Assembly: GCA_029553255.1 (NCBI GenBank) | Contig: JAKPCM010000072.1 | Location: 1 to 60,901 of the forward strand | DNA length: 60,901 nucleotides | Source of the DNA: Caldisericota bacterium | GTDB taxonomy: Bacteria > Caldisericota > Caldisericia > B22-G15 | Direction: 5' to 3' | Made by a program: the position numbers and the translations under genes | Shown: in pieces, positions 26,675 to 36,241 of the stretch | Numbering within the stretch: position 1 is the first letter of the stretch | Layout of the letters: each line of letters begins with the position of its first letter | Notes under the pieces: model-generated | Database searches by the model: none | What the model was told of the DNA's origin: nothing | Seen by the model: only the letters and a program-made list of their open reading frames with translations

Positions 26675-27653
26675 TTGGAATTTCTACTTTTAATAATACC
26701 CTTTCTAATACATCTTTTTCATTTATCCCTTTAATTTTAGATTCAGGTTTAACTATAATTCTATGCGACATAACAGAAAAGAATAACTCTTTAACATCAT
26801 CAGGAATAATGTAGCTTCTACCATAAAGAAATGCTCTTGCTTGAGAGACCTTCATCAAAATTAAAAGCCCTCTTGGTGAAGGTCCCAAATATATATCTTC
26901 GTCTTCTCTTAAAGTAATTCCAAGATTTACTATATATTCTTTTAAACTTTCATCAACATATATATTTTTAACCTCATCCTGAATCTCGATTATCTCATCT
27001 TTTGAGATAACATCTTCAATTGTTAAAATTGGGTGTACTTTTTCTAATCTACTTAACATTTCAATTTCATAATTTTTTTTAGGATAACCAACCTCAATTT
27101 TCATAAAGAATCTATCAAGTTGAGCTTCAGGTAAAGGAAATGTGCCTTCATATTCGATAGGATTTTCTGTTGCAATTACAAAAAATGGCTCAATTAAGTT
27201 GTGCGTTACTCCATCAACAGTCACCTGTCTTTCTTCCATTGCCTCAAGAAGAGCTGACTGAGTCTTTGGAGTGCTTCTATTTATTTCATCAGCTAAAATT
27301 ATATTTGAAAAAATAGGACCTTTTTTAAATTCAAATTCTCTTGTCTTTTCATTATAAATAGTTATTCCTATTATATCTGATGGTAATAAATCCGGAGTGA
27401 ATTGTATTCTTTTAAAATCAAGATTGATACTTTTTGCAAGAGCTTTAGCAAGCATAGTTTTCCCAATACCTGGAACATCTTCAATTAAAAGGTGGCCCCC
27501 AGAAATTAAAGAAATGATAACTTTTTCTATTACATCTCTTTTTCCTACAATTACCTTTTCAATATTATCTATTAAATTTTCTAAACTATCTTTTTTATTC
27601 ACTTTTTCCTTTTTTTGGAGATGTTGGTGGAGGTTGAACTGGAAGAGGTACAT
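26658..27653 (-). CDS. MoxR-family AAA+ ATPase
   Basis: GHLLIEDVPGIGKT Walker A, ILADEINR Walker B, AAA_3/lid pattern. GTG at 27602 (VNKKDSL...) is a likely alternative start that overlaps the upstream stop by 8 nt. Confidence 0.9.
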   Translation of the reverse strand: MYLFQFNLHQHLQKKEKVNKKDSLENLIDNIEKVIVGKRDVIEKVIISLISGGHLLIEDVPGIGKTMLAKALAKSINLDFKRIQFTPDLLPSDIIGITIYNEKTREFEFKKGPIFSNIILADEINRSTPKTQSALLEAMEERQVTVDGVTHNLIEPFFVIATENPIEYEGTFPLPEAQLDRFFMKIEVGYPKKNYEIEMLSRLEKVHPILTIEDVISKDEIIEIQDEVKNIYVDESLKEYIVNLGITLREDEDIYLGPSPRGLLILMKVSQARAFLYGRSYIIPDDVKELFFSVMSHRIIVKPESKIKGINEKDVLERVLLKVEIPIDKKA

Positions 27654-28458
27654 ATTGAACAGAAGGTCTACCTGTACCAGCTTGAGGGTATAAGCTCATT
27701 AAAGCATAAACATCTTCTGGCATATTAAATGAAACATTTAAACCGAGATTTTTTATCCTTTCACAAGTCAAAGGATAATCATGTGTCCATTTTCCAGATG
27801 TTAGCTCTTTAGCTATTTCCTCTATCTTCTCTTTCGATAAAATTCCATCTTTTTCTTTATCACTTAAAATTTCAACTGCAAGTTCATAAACTTGATTTAT
27901 TGCTTTTTCTGCTATATCGGCAAGAATAAGAGTTTGATCATCTAAGTCATTGATATTTTTTCTTTCTACTGTTTTTAATATAGATATTGCTGGATATCCG
28001 CCTAATTGTGGATCGATTGGACCCATAACAGCATTTTTATCAATAACAATTTCATCTGCTGCGAGTGCTATCAAAGTTCCACCAGACATAGCATAATGTG
28101 GTATAAAACATGTAACTTTACCTTCTCTTCTAATTAGGGCTCTTGCAATCTGTTCTGCAGCAAGCACTAGACCTCCTGGTGTATGTAAAATTAAATCTAT
28201 TGGCATTTTATCTGGAGTTTCTCTTATCACCCTCAAAATTTGTTCTGAATCTTCTATATCTATCATTTTTCTAAAAGGTATCCCAAAAAAGGAAATTGAT
28301 TCTTCTCTATGAATTAAAGTTATAACTCTGGTTTTTCTCTTTTTTTGAAGATTAGCGATTACTCTTAATCTACTAAGTTCGATCTGTCTTCTTTGCATAA
28401 CAGGATAAAAAAGGGATATAAATATAAACAGCCAGAGTAATAAACTTATATAATTCAT
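27595..28458 (-). CDS. SDH-family Clp-fold serine protease, membrane anchored
   Basis: N-terminal TM. HTPGGLVLAAEQIARAL...YAMSGGTLIALAADEIV matches the S49/SDH_sah pattern. Confidence 0.7.
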   Translation of the reverse strand: MNYISLLLWLFIFISLFYPVMQRRQIELSRLRVIANLQKKRKTRVITLIHREESISFFGIPFRKMIDIEDSEQILRVIRETPDKMPIDLILHTPGGLVLAAEQIARALIRREGKVTCFIPHYAMSGGTLIALAADEIVIDKNAVMGPIDPQLGGYPAISILKTVERKNINDLDDQTLILADIAEKAINQVYELAVEILSDKEKDGILSKEKIEEIAKELTSGKWTHDYPLTCERIKNLGLNVSFNMPEDVYALMSLYPQAGTGRPSVQYVPLPVQPPPTSPKKGKSE

Positions 28459-28459
28459 A

Positions 28460-29629
28460 TTATTTCACCTTTGAAAAAGCTTCATTAAGCTTTATTAAAG
28501 CTTTTTTGATGTTTTCCTTACTTGTTGCATATGAAAATCTTAAATAACCTTCTCCAAATCCCCCAAAACTTGTTCCAGGTAGACAGGCAATACCATGTTC
28601 ATTTAATAAATAGTTATGTATTTCGTTTGAACTTTTTCCAAAACTCTTTATATTTGGAAATACATAAAAAGCTCCTTTTGGAAGTTTGCAAGTAACACCT
28701 TTAATTTCATTTAGACCTTTAACAATAATATCTCTTCTTTCTTTAAATTCTTTAACCATATAGTCAACAGCACTCTGATCACCTTCAAGAGCTTCAATGC
28801 CAGCTATCTGTACAAATGCAGTCGGACAGGAATAACTGTTTGTAACATATTTTGCAATCATATTTATAATATCAGGATTTGCAATTCCATAACCAAGTCT
28901 CCAACCAGTCATTGCATATGTTTTTGAGAATCCATCAATTATAATAGTTCTGTCTCTTAATTCTTTAACTTTTGTAATTGAAACAAATTCACCTTCATAA
29001 ACTATTCTTGAATAGATTTCATCAGCTACTATGTAAATATCTTTATTTCTAATAATATCTCTAATCCCATAAAAATCATCAAGTGTTAAAATTCCACCAG
29101 TAGGGTTATGTGGAGAATTTATAACAATTACTCTTGTTTTATTTGTTACTCTTTTCTCAAGATCAGATAAATCAAATTTGAAATCTTTATCTTCTAAAAG
29201 TGGAAGAGGCACTAATTTTGCTTCAGCCATTCTTGCAGCAGAGTTATAAATAGGATATCCTGGATCAGGATATATTACCTCTTCTCCTTTCTCAACAAGG
29301 GATAAAATAGAATAAACAATTACTGGTTTTGCACCTGCTGTAACAATAACCTCTTCGGGTTTTACATCAAAGCCCCTTGTTCTTGAAATGTAGTTTGCAA
29401 TTGCTTGTCTTGTTTCAAATAAACCCGTTGATGGAGTGTAGTGTGTATAGCCTTTATTTAATGCATCGAATGCAGCTTTCTTTATATTCTCTGGAGTATC
29501 AAAATCTGGTTCACCAATTTCAAGATGATATACCTCTTTACCCTCCCTCTCGAGAACCTTTGCTCTTGCAAGCACCTCAAAGGCCCCTTCTGTACCCATC
29601 ATTGATGTTCTTTCAGCGAATCTAATCAT
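28460..29629 (-). CDS. Class I PLP-dependent (aspartate-type) aminotransferase
   Basis: SPHNPTG, SKTYAMTGWRLGY (PLP lysine) and RFSYA motifs. 389 aa. Confidence 0.85.
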   Translation of the reverse strand: MIRFAERTSMMGTEGAFEVLARAKVLEREGKEVYHLEIGEPDFDTPENIKKAAFDALNKGYTHYTPSTGLFETRQAIANYISRTRGFDVKPEEVIVTAGAKPVIVYSILSLVEKGEEVIYPDPGYPIYNSAARMAEAKLVPLPLLEDKDFKFDLSDLEKRVTNKTRVIVINSPHNPTGGILTLDDFYGIRDIIRNKDIYIVADEIYSRIVYEGEFVSITKVKELRDRTIIIDGFSKTYAMTGWRLGYGIANPDIINMIAKYVTNSYSCPTAFVQIAGIEALEGDQSAVDYMVKEFKERRDIIVKGLNEIKGVTCKLPKGAFYVFPNIKSFGKSSNEIHNYLLNEHGIACLPGTSFGGFGEGYLRFSYATSKENIKKALIKLNEAFSKVK

Positions 29630-29693
29630 CTTTCCTCCTTTATATTTATAAAGTATTAAATCCTTATATGCTTAAAATATTATAGCAATAAAA

Positions 29694-30707
29694 TTATAAA
29701 ATTAACATACCATCGCCGAATGAATAAAATCTATATTTATTTTCAATCGCAATTTTATATGCATTTAATATTTTTTCTCTTCCTGCAAAGGCTGATACAA
29801 GAATAAGGAGGGATGTTTTAGGCAAATGAAAATTGGTTATGATAGCATCTACTACTTTAAAATCAAATGGAGGTTTTATAAAAATGTTGGTCTTTCCTTT
29901 AACACTTTTTATCTCACCATCTATCTTTAAAGATTCAAGTGCTCTTACTACAGTTGTTCCAACAGCTACTACTCTTTTTTTCTTCTCTTTTGTCTCCTTT
30001 ATCCTTTTTATAACCTTTTCATCAATTTCATAATACTCTTCTCCAATTTGGTAATTATCAATGTCTTTAACCTTTAAAGGCTTAAAAGTAGGTGTTCCAA
30101 CATGAAGAGTTATATATTCTATCAAAATACATTTATTTCTTAAATTATTAAAAAGGTTTTCGGTAAAATGAAATCCAGCAGTTGGAGCCGCAATAGAACC
30201 TTCAACCTCTGCATATATTGTTTGATAATCATCTGAATCTATATCTTTTTCTTTAATATATGGAGGAAGTGGAACTTCGCCAACTCTATTTAAAAAAGAT
30301 AAATGATCTTTTAAATCTTCTATCTCTATAACTCTTCTACCTCCATCCAAAACCCCTTTCACAATTCCTTCAGTTTTATCTTTAAAAAAGATTTTTCTTC
30401 CTAATTTTAATTTTTTACTTTTTTCACACAATATCTCAATTTTATTTTCATTTCCTCTTAAGAAAATGGCATCGAGTTTTCCACCTGTATCAAGAGTTAT
30501 TTCCAACTTAGCTTTTATAACTTTGCTATTATTTAGTATCAATAAATCTCCACTATCTAAAAATTCGGGAAGATTATAAAAATAGGAATGAAAAATTTCG
30601 TTACTCTCTCTTTTTAAAACTAACAACCTTGCTTCATCTCTGTTTTTAAGAGGTTTTTGAGCAATAAGCTCTTTTGGTAAATCATAATTAAAAAGATCAA
30701 TATCCAT
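29694..30707 (-). CDS. queA: S-adenosylmethionine:tRNA ribosyltransferase-isomerase
   Basis: FNYDLPKELIAQKPL N-terminus, PLPPYI, TAGFHFT and VGTTVVRALES motifs. Confidence 0.9.
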   Translation of the reverse strand: MDIDLFNYDLPKELIAQKPLKNRDEARLLVLKRESNEIFHSYFYNLPEFLDSGDLLILNNSKVIKAKLEITLDTGGKLDAIFLRGNENKIEILCEKSKKLKLGRKIFFKDKTEGIVKGVLDGGRRVIEIEDLKDHLSFLNRVGEVPLPPYIKEKDIDSDDYQTIYAEVEGSIAAPTAGFHFTENLFNNLRNKCILIEYITLHVGTPTFKPLKVKDIDNYQIGEEYYEIDEKVIKRIKETKEKKKRVVAVGTTVVRALESLKIDGEIKSVKGKTNIFIKPPFDFKVVDAIITNFHLPKTSLLILVSAFAGREKILNAYKIAIENKYRFYSFGDGMLIL

Positions 30708-32211
30708 AGTTATATTTTTTTATTTCTACCCCTGTGTAAAAATGTTTTAATATATCAATATAATTGAATCCATTCTCGCTTAATCCCTGAGCCCCCCATT
30801 GACTCATTCCAACACCATGACCCCAACCTTTACCATTAAAAACTACAATATCCCATCTCTTTTTTCTTACATCATATATATCATTTTCATATGGAGTGAA
30901 TTTTTTAAAAATTGTTTCAGTTACAGGTTTAAAAAAAGGAACGATCTCTACCATAGTTAAAAATGATGTGATATAGGGTGAAGTATAGTTTTTAAATTCA
31001 AAATCAAACCATGTGCTCTTGAGGCCAAAAATAGTTTGAAAAGTTGTTCCATTCAGAATTAAATCACCATACATACCAACTATTTTTATTTCAACAACTC
31101 TTGGAGATACTCCTCTTTTTACTACTTCAAAACTTAAGACCTCTCCAATATCTAAGAGGTTATTATCAAAAGTATATTTTTTTATTAATCTTTGAACTTT
31201 ATAATTTGTGAAGGATTTACTCCATTCATAATGAGGAGATTTCTCTTCATAAGGACTTTCTACGCCTCTTAAATATGGATATGGAACAGAATACCATACA
31301 TTTTCATTATTTTCAGTATAACCTCCTGATGTTGAATGATAAACAGCTTCAATTATTTTTCCATTATAAATTATCACTTCATCCTGTGTTTCATCAACTG
31401 CTCTATTTGTCTTTTCAGTCTCTTTATCCATACCAAGATAGGCTTGTGTATCTGGAGTTGATGTTACATCATAAATATTTTTATCTTTAATTCTTGACAA
31501 AACATAAGTTCTTGAAGCAACTGCTTGTGCTTTTAATGATTCAAGATTAAAAGATTCCGGCATCTCAGAAGGAACAACTCCTTTAAGATAATCTTCAATA
31601 TTCAATTTATTGATAACATAAAAAGAGTTAATATTTTTATATATATAGATATATCCTCTATAATTTCTTCCATTAACTTTTATATAATTGTTAATCGACT
31701 TAAGTTCAAAAATTATTCCATCTTTTAAATTATTGTCAATTGTTATTTTTATTCTTTCAGAACCTAAAAAAAGATATGAACCTTCTAAATAAATATCTGT
31801 AGAAATAGGTATTTTATCTTTATTGATTAATCTAAAAATATCCCTCTCCTCATTTGAAACAAAATCACCGATATCTACATTGAATTTTTCATTTTCATTA
31901 TTTATAAATATCTCTTTATTTGAAAAAGTATTAGCTAAATTCTTTGAATAATTTATTGCATCTAATATGTTTGAAAAGATTCCAACTCTTAATCTCAAAG
32001 ATTTTATATTTTTATTGAAACAATATATTTTAGATTCATTTAAAATATTTTGACCTGAATAAAAAACATTTATATCGCCCTCAATTTGGATATCAAATGG
32101 ATTCTTAAATAATAAAACTCTAACATTATTTTCAATTCCATATACGAAATTTATTTTTAATAGTACAAAAATTAATAAAATTAATAATAATTTCTTCAAG
32201 TCTTTCTTCAA
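30697..32211 (-). CDS. SpoIID/LytB-domain protein
   Basis: Signal peptide. YLKGVVPSEMP...EALKAQAVASRTY...YHSTSGGYTE pattern. Confidence 0.75.
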   Translation of the reverse strand: MKKDLKKLLLILLIFVLLKINFVYGIENNVRVLLFKNPFDIQIEGDINVFYSGQNILNESKIYCFNKNIKSLRLRVGIFSNILDAINYSKNLANTFSNKEIFINNENEKFNVDIGDFVSNEERDIFRLINKDKIPISTDIYLEGSYLFLGSERIKITIDNNLKDGIIFELKSINNYIKVNGRNYRGYIYIYKNINSFYVINKLNIEDYLKGVVPSEMPESFNLESLKAQAVASRTYVLSRIKDKNIYDVTSTPDTQAYLGMDKETEKTNRAVDETQDEVIIYNGKIIEAVYHSTSGGYTENNENVWYSVPYPYLRGVESPYEEKSPHYEWSKSFTNYKVQRLIKKYTFDNNLLDIGEVLSFEVVKRGVSPRVVEIKIVGMYGDLILNGTTFQTIFGLKSTWFDFEFKNYTSPYITSFLTMVEIVPFFKPVTETIFKKFTPYENDIYDVRKKRWDIVVFNGKGWGHGVGMSQWGAQGLSENGFNYIDILKHFYTGVEIKKYNYGY

Positions 32212-32936
32212 ATAAAAGCCTCCATAACTTTTCTTATAAGTAAATTGAGAAGTGATTTAAATAATACCATATTTTCCTGTATAAATCCAACGAAAAAGGA
32301 GCTATTAAAAAATTTATAAAAATTGGAGTTTGGCTTAAGATAATTTAAAAAGAGACCTGATAGAATAAATACACAAAAAACTATAATAGAAAAATATAGA
32401 AGTAAATTAAAAATAAGTCCTAAAAATCTATCTAAGGTTCCTAAAATTGGTATTTTATGTATTATTCTACTTAAAAGCTTCTTTAGTATTGAAAAAATTA
32501 TCATAAAGATAAGAAATAAAATGAAAAAAGAAAGTATCTGACCAATAACTATAGATAATAGGTATAAATATGAATCATATACAGTTATAAGATTCTTAAA
32601 TGATGACAAAAAAGGAAGATTTTCAATAAGCCATGATTTGAAGAATTTTGGAAGAGTAAGGTCAGATATATATAATTTTAAATTCTCTATTGTTGAGGGC
32701 AATATTTTAGTTTCAGGAGGTAAATTTATATGATTTGCAATATTATTTTTTATATTAGTAACAAATTTCATTTTGTTTTCGAGAAAAAGTGTTAGATTTG
32801 ACGAGAATCTATAAGCAAGATAGATACTTAAAATAAAAGAAACAATCGATATAACTGTTTTGAAAATACCTCTTTTATAGCCTAAGAAGCATGCAAAAAT
32901 TAAGATTAATATTATGACCCCATCTAAAAAGTTCAT
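32208..32936 (-). CDS. CvpA-family membrane protein
   Basis: MNFLDGVIILILIFACFLGYKRGIFK N-terminus is typical of CvpA. Multi-TM. Confidence 0.55.
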   Translation of the reverse strand: MNFLDGVIILILIFACFLGYKRGIFKTVISIVSFILSIYLAYRFSSNLTLFLENKMKFVTNIKNNIANHINLPPETKILPSTIENLKLYISDLTLPKFFKSWLIENLPFLSSFKNLITVYDSYLYLLSIVIGQILSFFILFLIFMIIFSILKKLLSRIIHKIPILGTLDRFLGLIFNLLLYFSIIVFCVFILSGLFLNYLKPNSNFYKFFNSSFFVGFIQENMVLFKSLLNLLIRKVMEAFI

Positions 32937-32969
32937 ACAATAATTTTATCAAAAAAGATCGGCAAGTTG

Positions 32970-34265
32970 TTATCTACTTTTTATAAAACCTCTCTTTATT
33001 TTTATCTTAGCTGTCAAAATTCTGTCTGAAGAGAAAATTTTTGTTGCAATAATCAAACAGATAACAAAAAATATAGCCATATATACTATTCCATATATTA
33101 CTGGTAAAGTGTTTCCAAAAATTAAATTTTGTGATGCAATAAATGGGTGAGAAAAAGGTATTAAAAAAAGTAAAATTCTAACTATTAAAGGAAGAGAATT
33201 CAAATCAGCAAAAAAACTTAAGAAATAAGGAATCAATAACAAAATCGTGATTGGTGTTATAAGAGTTTGAGCACTTTGAACATTTTCAGCGTGAACAGCA
33301 AGAATTGTAGAGAGAGATAAAGCACATAATATTGCAAAAAAAAGTGAAATTCCTAATAAAATATAAGATTGGGCATTAAATGTCAAACCAAGTTCAACTA
33401 AAATTTTTGATAATTCTGAAGAGGTTTGAGTACCAGATGTTATCCCTCCTGTTATTCCACCCATATAATTTTTAAAGCCAATCATATAAACTGCTGACAT
33501 TATAAGCGCAACAACACCCGATGACAGCATTTTCGAAAAAAGTATCGATGTTCTATTTATTGGCATTGTTAATAATGTTTCAAGAGTTTTATTCTCTTTC
33601 TCACTTGCAATAGTTGAAACAATCATCTGAGAAGAAAAAATTATAACAATCATCAATATTATTGGTATGATTAAATTTTGTGATTGTACAGCTCCTGTAA
33701 TTGTTTCAACTGTAGTATTAGCTATTTTATCTTTAACCATTACATAACTTTTGATCTTAACAGGATTTTTTATAATATTAGGATTCATCCCGATAAATTC
33801 CTCAGATATATATCTATTTGATATTATTTCATTTATACTTGAAAGTATAATCTGTGTAGAAACTGAACTCGAAATATCTACAAAAGATATTCCTTTCATA
33901 ATATTATAAATTTCAATTTCATTTTGAAAAAATCTATTCACATTATCTTGAAATCCAGATGGTATAACAACCAATGTAGAAATATTATTATTTTTTACAT
34001 AATCAAATGCTTCTTCTTTTGATAAAGAAACTTTATCTATTATAAAATTTCCTGATTTAAGAGATTCTATTACATCGTTTGATAAAATGGAATCATCATA
34101 ATCGACTACAGCAATTTTTTTGGGTTCTTGTTCTTTTTCTACTTGTTCTGAAACAAAACTACCAATGAATGAAAAAAGAACAACCATTATAATTAATGGT
34201 AAAATCAATTGAATTGTTATTAAACTCTTAATTTCTTTATTAAACAATATTAAAAACTTTCTCAT
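32970..34265 (-). CDS. ABC-2-type transporter permease (NatB-like)
   Basis: N-terminal TM, large extracytoplasmic loop, then 5 C-terminal TMs. Overlaps the ATPase gene by 4 nt. Confidence 0.7.
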   Translation of the reverse strand: MRKFLILFNKEIKSLITIQLILPLIIMVVLFSFIGSFVSEQVEKEQEPKKIAVVDYDDSILSNDVIESLKSGNFIIDKVSLSKEEAFDYVKNNNISTLVVIPSGFQDNVNRFFQNEIEIYNIMKGISFVDISSSVSTQIILSSINEIISNRYISEEFIGMNPNIIKNPVKIKSYVMVKDKIANTTVETITGAVQSQNLIIPIILMIVIIFSSQMIVSTIASEKENKTLETLLTMPINRTSILFSKMLSSGVVALIMSAVYMIGFKNYMGGITGGITSGTQTSSELSKILVELGLTFNAQSYILLGISLFFAILCALSLSTILAVHAENVQSAQTLITPITILLLIPYFLSFFADLNSLPLIVRILLFLIPFSHPFIASQNLIFGNTLPVIYGIVYMAIFFVICLIIATKIFSSDRILTAKIKIKRGFIKSR

Positions 34266-34981
34266 TGTATAGCTCCTATAAATACTTCCTCAATATTTCT
34301 TGCATTATATTCTTTTTTCAAATCATCAGGTTTACCCTCAACAAGAATTTTTCCTTTATTAATTAAGGCAATCCTATCTGATAAAAATTCAACCTCTAAC
34401 ATATTATGAGATGAAAGAAGAACTGTCGTACCATTTTGTGTGAAACTCTTAATTATTTTTCTTATTTCAATAGAATTTATAACATCAAGACCACTTGTTG
34501 GTTCATCTAAAATTGCGAGTTTTGGTTTATACATTAAACTTCTTGAAAGAAGAAGTTTTCTTACCATACCTTTACTGTATGTAGAAATTTTATCTTTAAT
34601 TCTATCCTCAAGCCTTGCAATATCAATTGCATTTTCAACAAATTTATCTTTTTCACTTTTATTATTGGCATAAAGTGATGCCATAAAATTTAGATAATCT
34701 AAACCTGTTAAATTTTTATAAGCACCTGCCTCTTCAGGAAGATAACTCACGATTTCTCTAATTTTTTGACCTTCACTCTTCAAATCATATCCAAATATTT
34801 TTATATCACCTGAAGTCGGAGTTAAAATTGTTGCCATTATTCTTAAAGTTGTTGTTTTTCCTGCTCCATTTGGTCCAATAAGTCCAAAAATTTCACCTTC
34901 TTCAATTGTAAAAGAGATATTATCAACTGCTCTTAAATTAGCATAATCCTTTACCAAATTATTAACAGAAACGACAGTCAT
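34262..34981 (-). CDS. ABC transporter ATP-binding protein
   Basis: Walker A GPNGAGKTT, signature YSKGMVRKL, Walker B LAILDEPTSGLD. Confidence 0.9.
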   Translation of the reverse strand: MTVVSVNNLVKDYANLRAVDNISFTIEEGEIFGLIGPNGAGKTTTLRIMATILTPTSGDIKIFGYDLKSEGQKIREIVSYLPEEAGAYKNLTGLDYLNFMASLYANNKSEKDKFVENAIDIARLEDRIKDKISTYSKGMVRKLLLSRSLMYKPKLAILDEPTSGLDVINSIEIRKIIKSFTQNGTTVLLSSHNMLEVEFLSDRIALINKGKILVEGKPDDLKKEYNARNIEEVFIGAIQ

Positions 34982-34996
34982 TCTTGCCTCCTAAAA

Positions 34997-35464
34997 TTAA
35001 GGTATTTGCCATGTAAAATTTTTGTTCATCGATTTATATTCATCTTGAAGTTTAATTTTGTGACCTTCTTCAAATTTTATTAAAGATTTTAGGACTTCGA
35101 TATCTTCGTGTGAATCTGTTTGATTCAATAATTCACTATAAAACTCTACAGCATGTGTCTCTGCTTCTATTGCTGAACTTAATATTTGAAGTGCATCACT
35201 TTTTGAATTTAAACCAAGATTTTTTGTGTTTAGATTTTTATCAAAAATAAAATCTGGAATTTCTTCAAAATCTTTTTTGTATAAAAAATTGTATCTTTTT
35301 TGGAGTATATTTTTGTGTTTTTCCTCTTCATTAGCAAGATTTTGCATTAGACTTTTTGATTTTTTATTTATAATTATCTTTGAAACTTTAGAATAAAATT
35401 CCATAGCCTGAATCTCTCCCTGAATTGCTTTTCTTAAAATTTCTTCTCCTAACACTCTTTGCAT
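34997..35464 (-). CDS. Rubrerythrin-like ferritin-fold di-iron protein (no rubredoxin domain)
   Basis: Two E...ExxH pairs: EIQAMEFY / EEEKH and EAETHAVEFY / EEGH. 155 aa. Confidence 0.65.
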   Translation of the reverse strand: MQRVLGEEILRKAIQGEIQAMEFYSKVSKIIINKKSKSLMQNLANEEEKHKNILQKRYNFLYKKDFEEIPDFIFDKNLNTKNLGLNSKSDALQILSSAIEAETHAVEFYSELLNQTDSHEDIEVLKSLIKFEEGHKIKLQDEYKSMNKNFTWQIP

Positions 35465-35503
35465 ATTCTACCTCCTAAAATAATATTGATACGATTATAA
35501 CAT

Positions 35504-35515
35504 ATATAATTATAT
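35504..35515. promoter_or_regulatory. 12-bp perfect palindrome ATATAATTATAT (site 1)
   Basis: Read directly. Lies just upstream of a TGTTATAAT extended -10 for the minus-strand rubrerythrin-like gene. Confidence 0.3.
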
Positions 35516-35584
35516 TTATTATTTTTAAATTAAATGAGTAATAGATATAAATAAATATGTAAATTTCAAGATCCTACCTCAATA

Positions 35585-35600
35585 TTATATAATTATATAA
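35585..35600. promoter_or_regulatory. 16-bp perfect palindrome TTATATAATTATATAA (site 2, contains the site 1 core)
   Basis: Read directly. 83 bp centre to centre from site 1, and about 33 nt upstream of the ATG at 35633. Confidence 0.3.
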
Positions 35601-35632
35601 AATTCAATATTTTTAAGTTAAAGAGGTAAACT

Positions 35633-36241
35633 ATGGATGAAGTGAATCTGAGGAGTGCAAAAATATTAGGAGTTGTTGGATCTATTTTATGCATTCTTGG
35701 TACTTTTTTTAGTTTTCTTGTCTTAAGAAGAATAATAAATTTTAATCCATTCCCTATAATTTTTTTTATTGCTGCAACTATTTTAATTCTTTTTGCTTTA
35801 AATGATATTTCTAAAAAGATAAAAAACCGTAAGATTTATTCAAATTTTCTTACTGGAATAATCTTATCCACCATAGGTTTTATTATATTATTAATTGCTC
35901 TTGGAGGAATTTTTATCTCTCTTCTTACTGAACCTTTTGGAGGTTCACAATCTATTGGTTTGGTTTCAGGGATTCTTCTAATTGTTTTTAATTGCATATT
36001 TGTTATTTCTACATATTTTATAAAAATGAGTTTCGATAGAGTATCAGTTGCACTTAATAATTCTTATTTTAAAACTTCTGGATTAATTTTGTTTATTGGT
36101 TCGTTTTTTCTTATCGTTCTAATTGGCGTATTGGCTATGCTCGTTGGAGTTATTTTTGAAATTATTGCATTCTTTAAAATAAAAGACGAGTTAGAAATTA
36201 AAACATTCCAAGAAGAAGATATTGAATTACAGAAGCAATAG
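35633..36241 (+). CDS. Polytopic membrane protein of unknown function (DUF996-like)
   Basis: 202 aa, about 5 TM helices. AGAGG SD. The family call is a weak recollection. Confidence 0.45.
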   Translation: MDEVNLRSAKILGVVGSILCILGTFFSFLVLRRIINFNPFPIIFFIAATILILFALNDISKKIKNRKIYSNFLTGIILSTIGFIILLIALGGIFISLLTEPFGGSQSIGLVSGILLIVFNCIFVISTYFIKMSFDRVSVALNNSYFKTSGLILFIGSFFLIVLIGVLAMLVGVIFEIIAFFKIKDELEIKTFQEEDIELQKQ

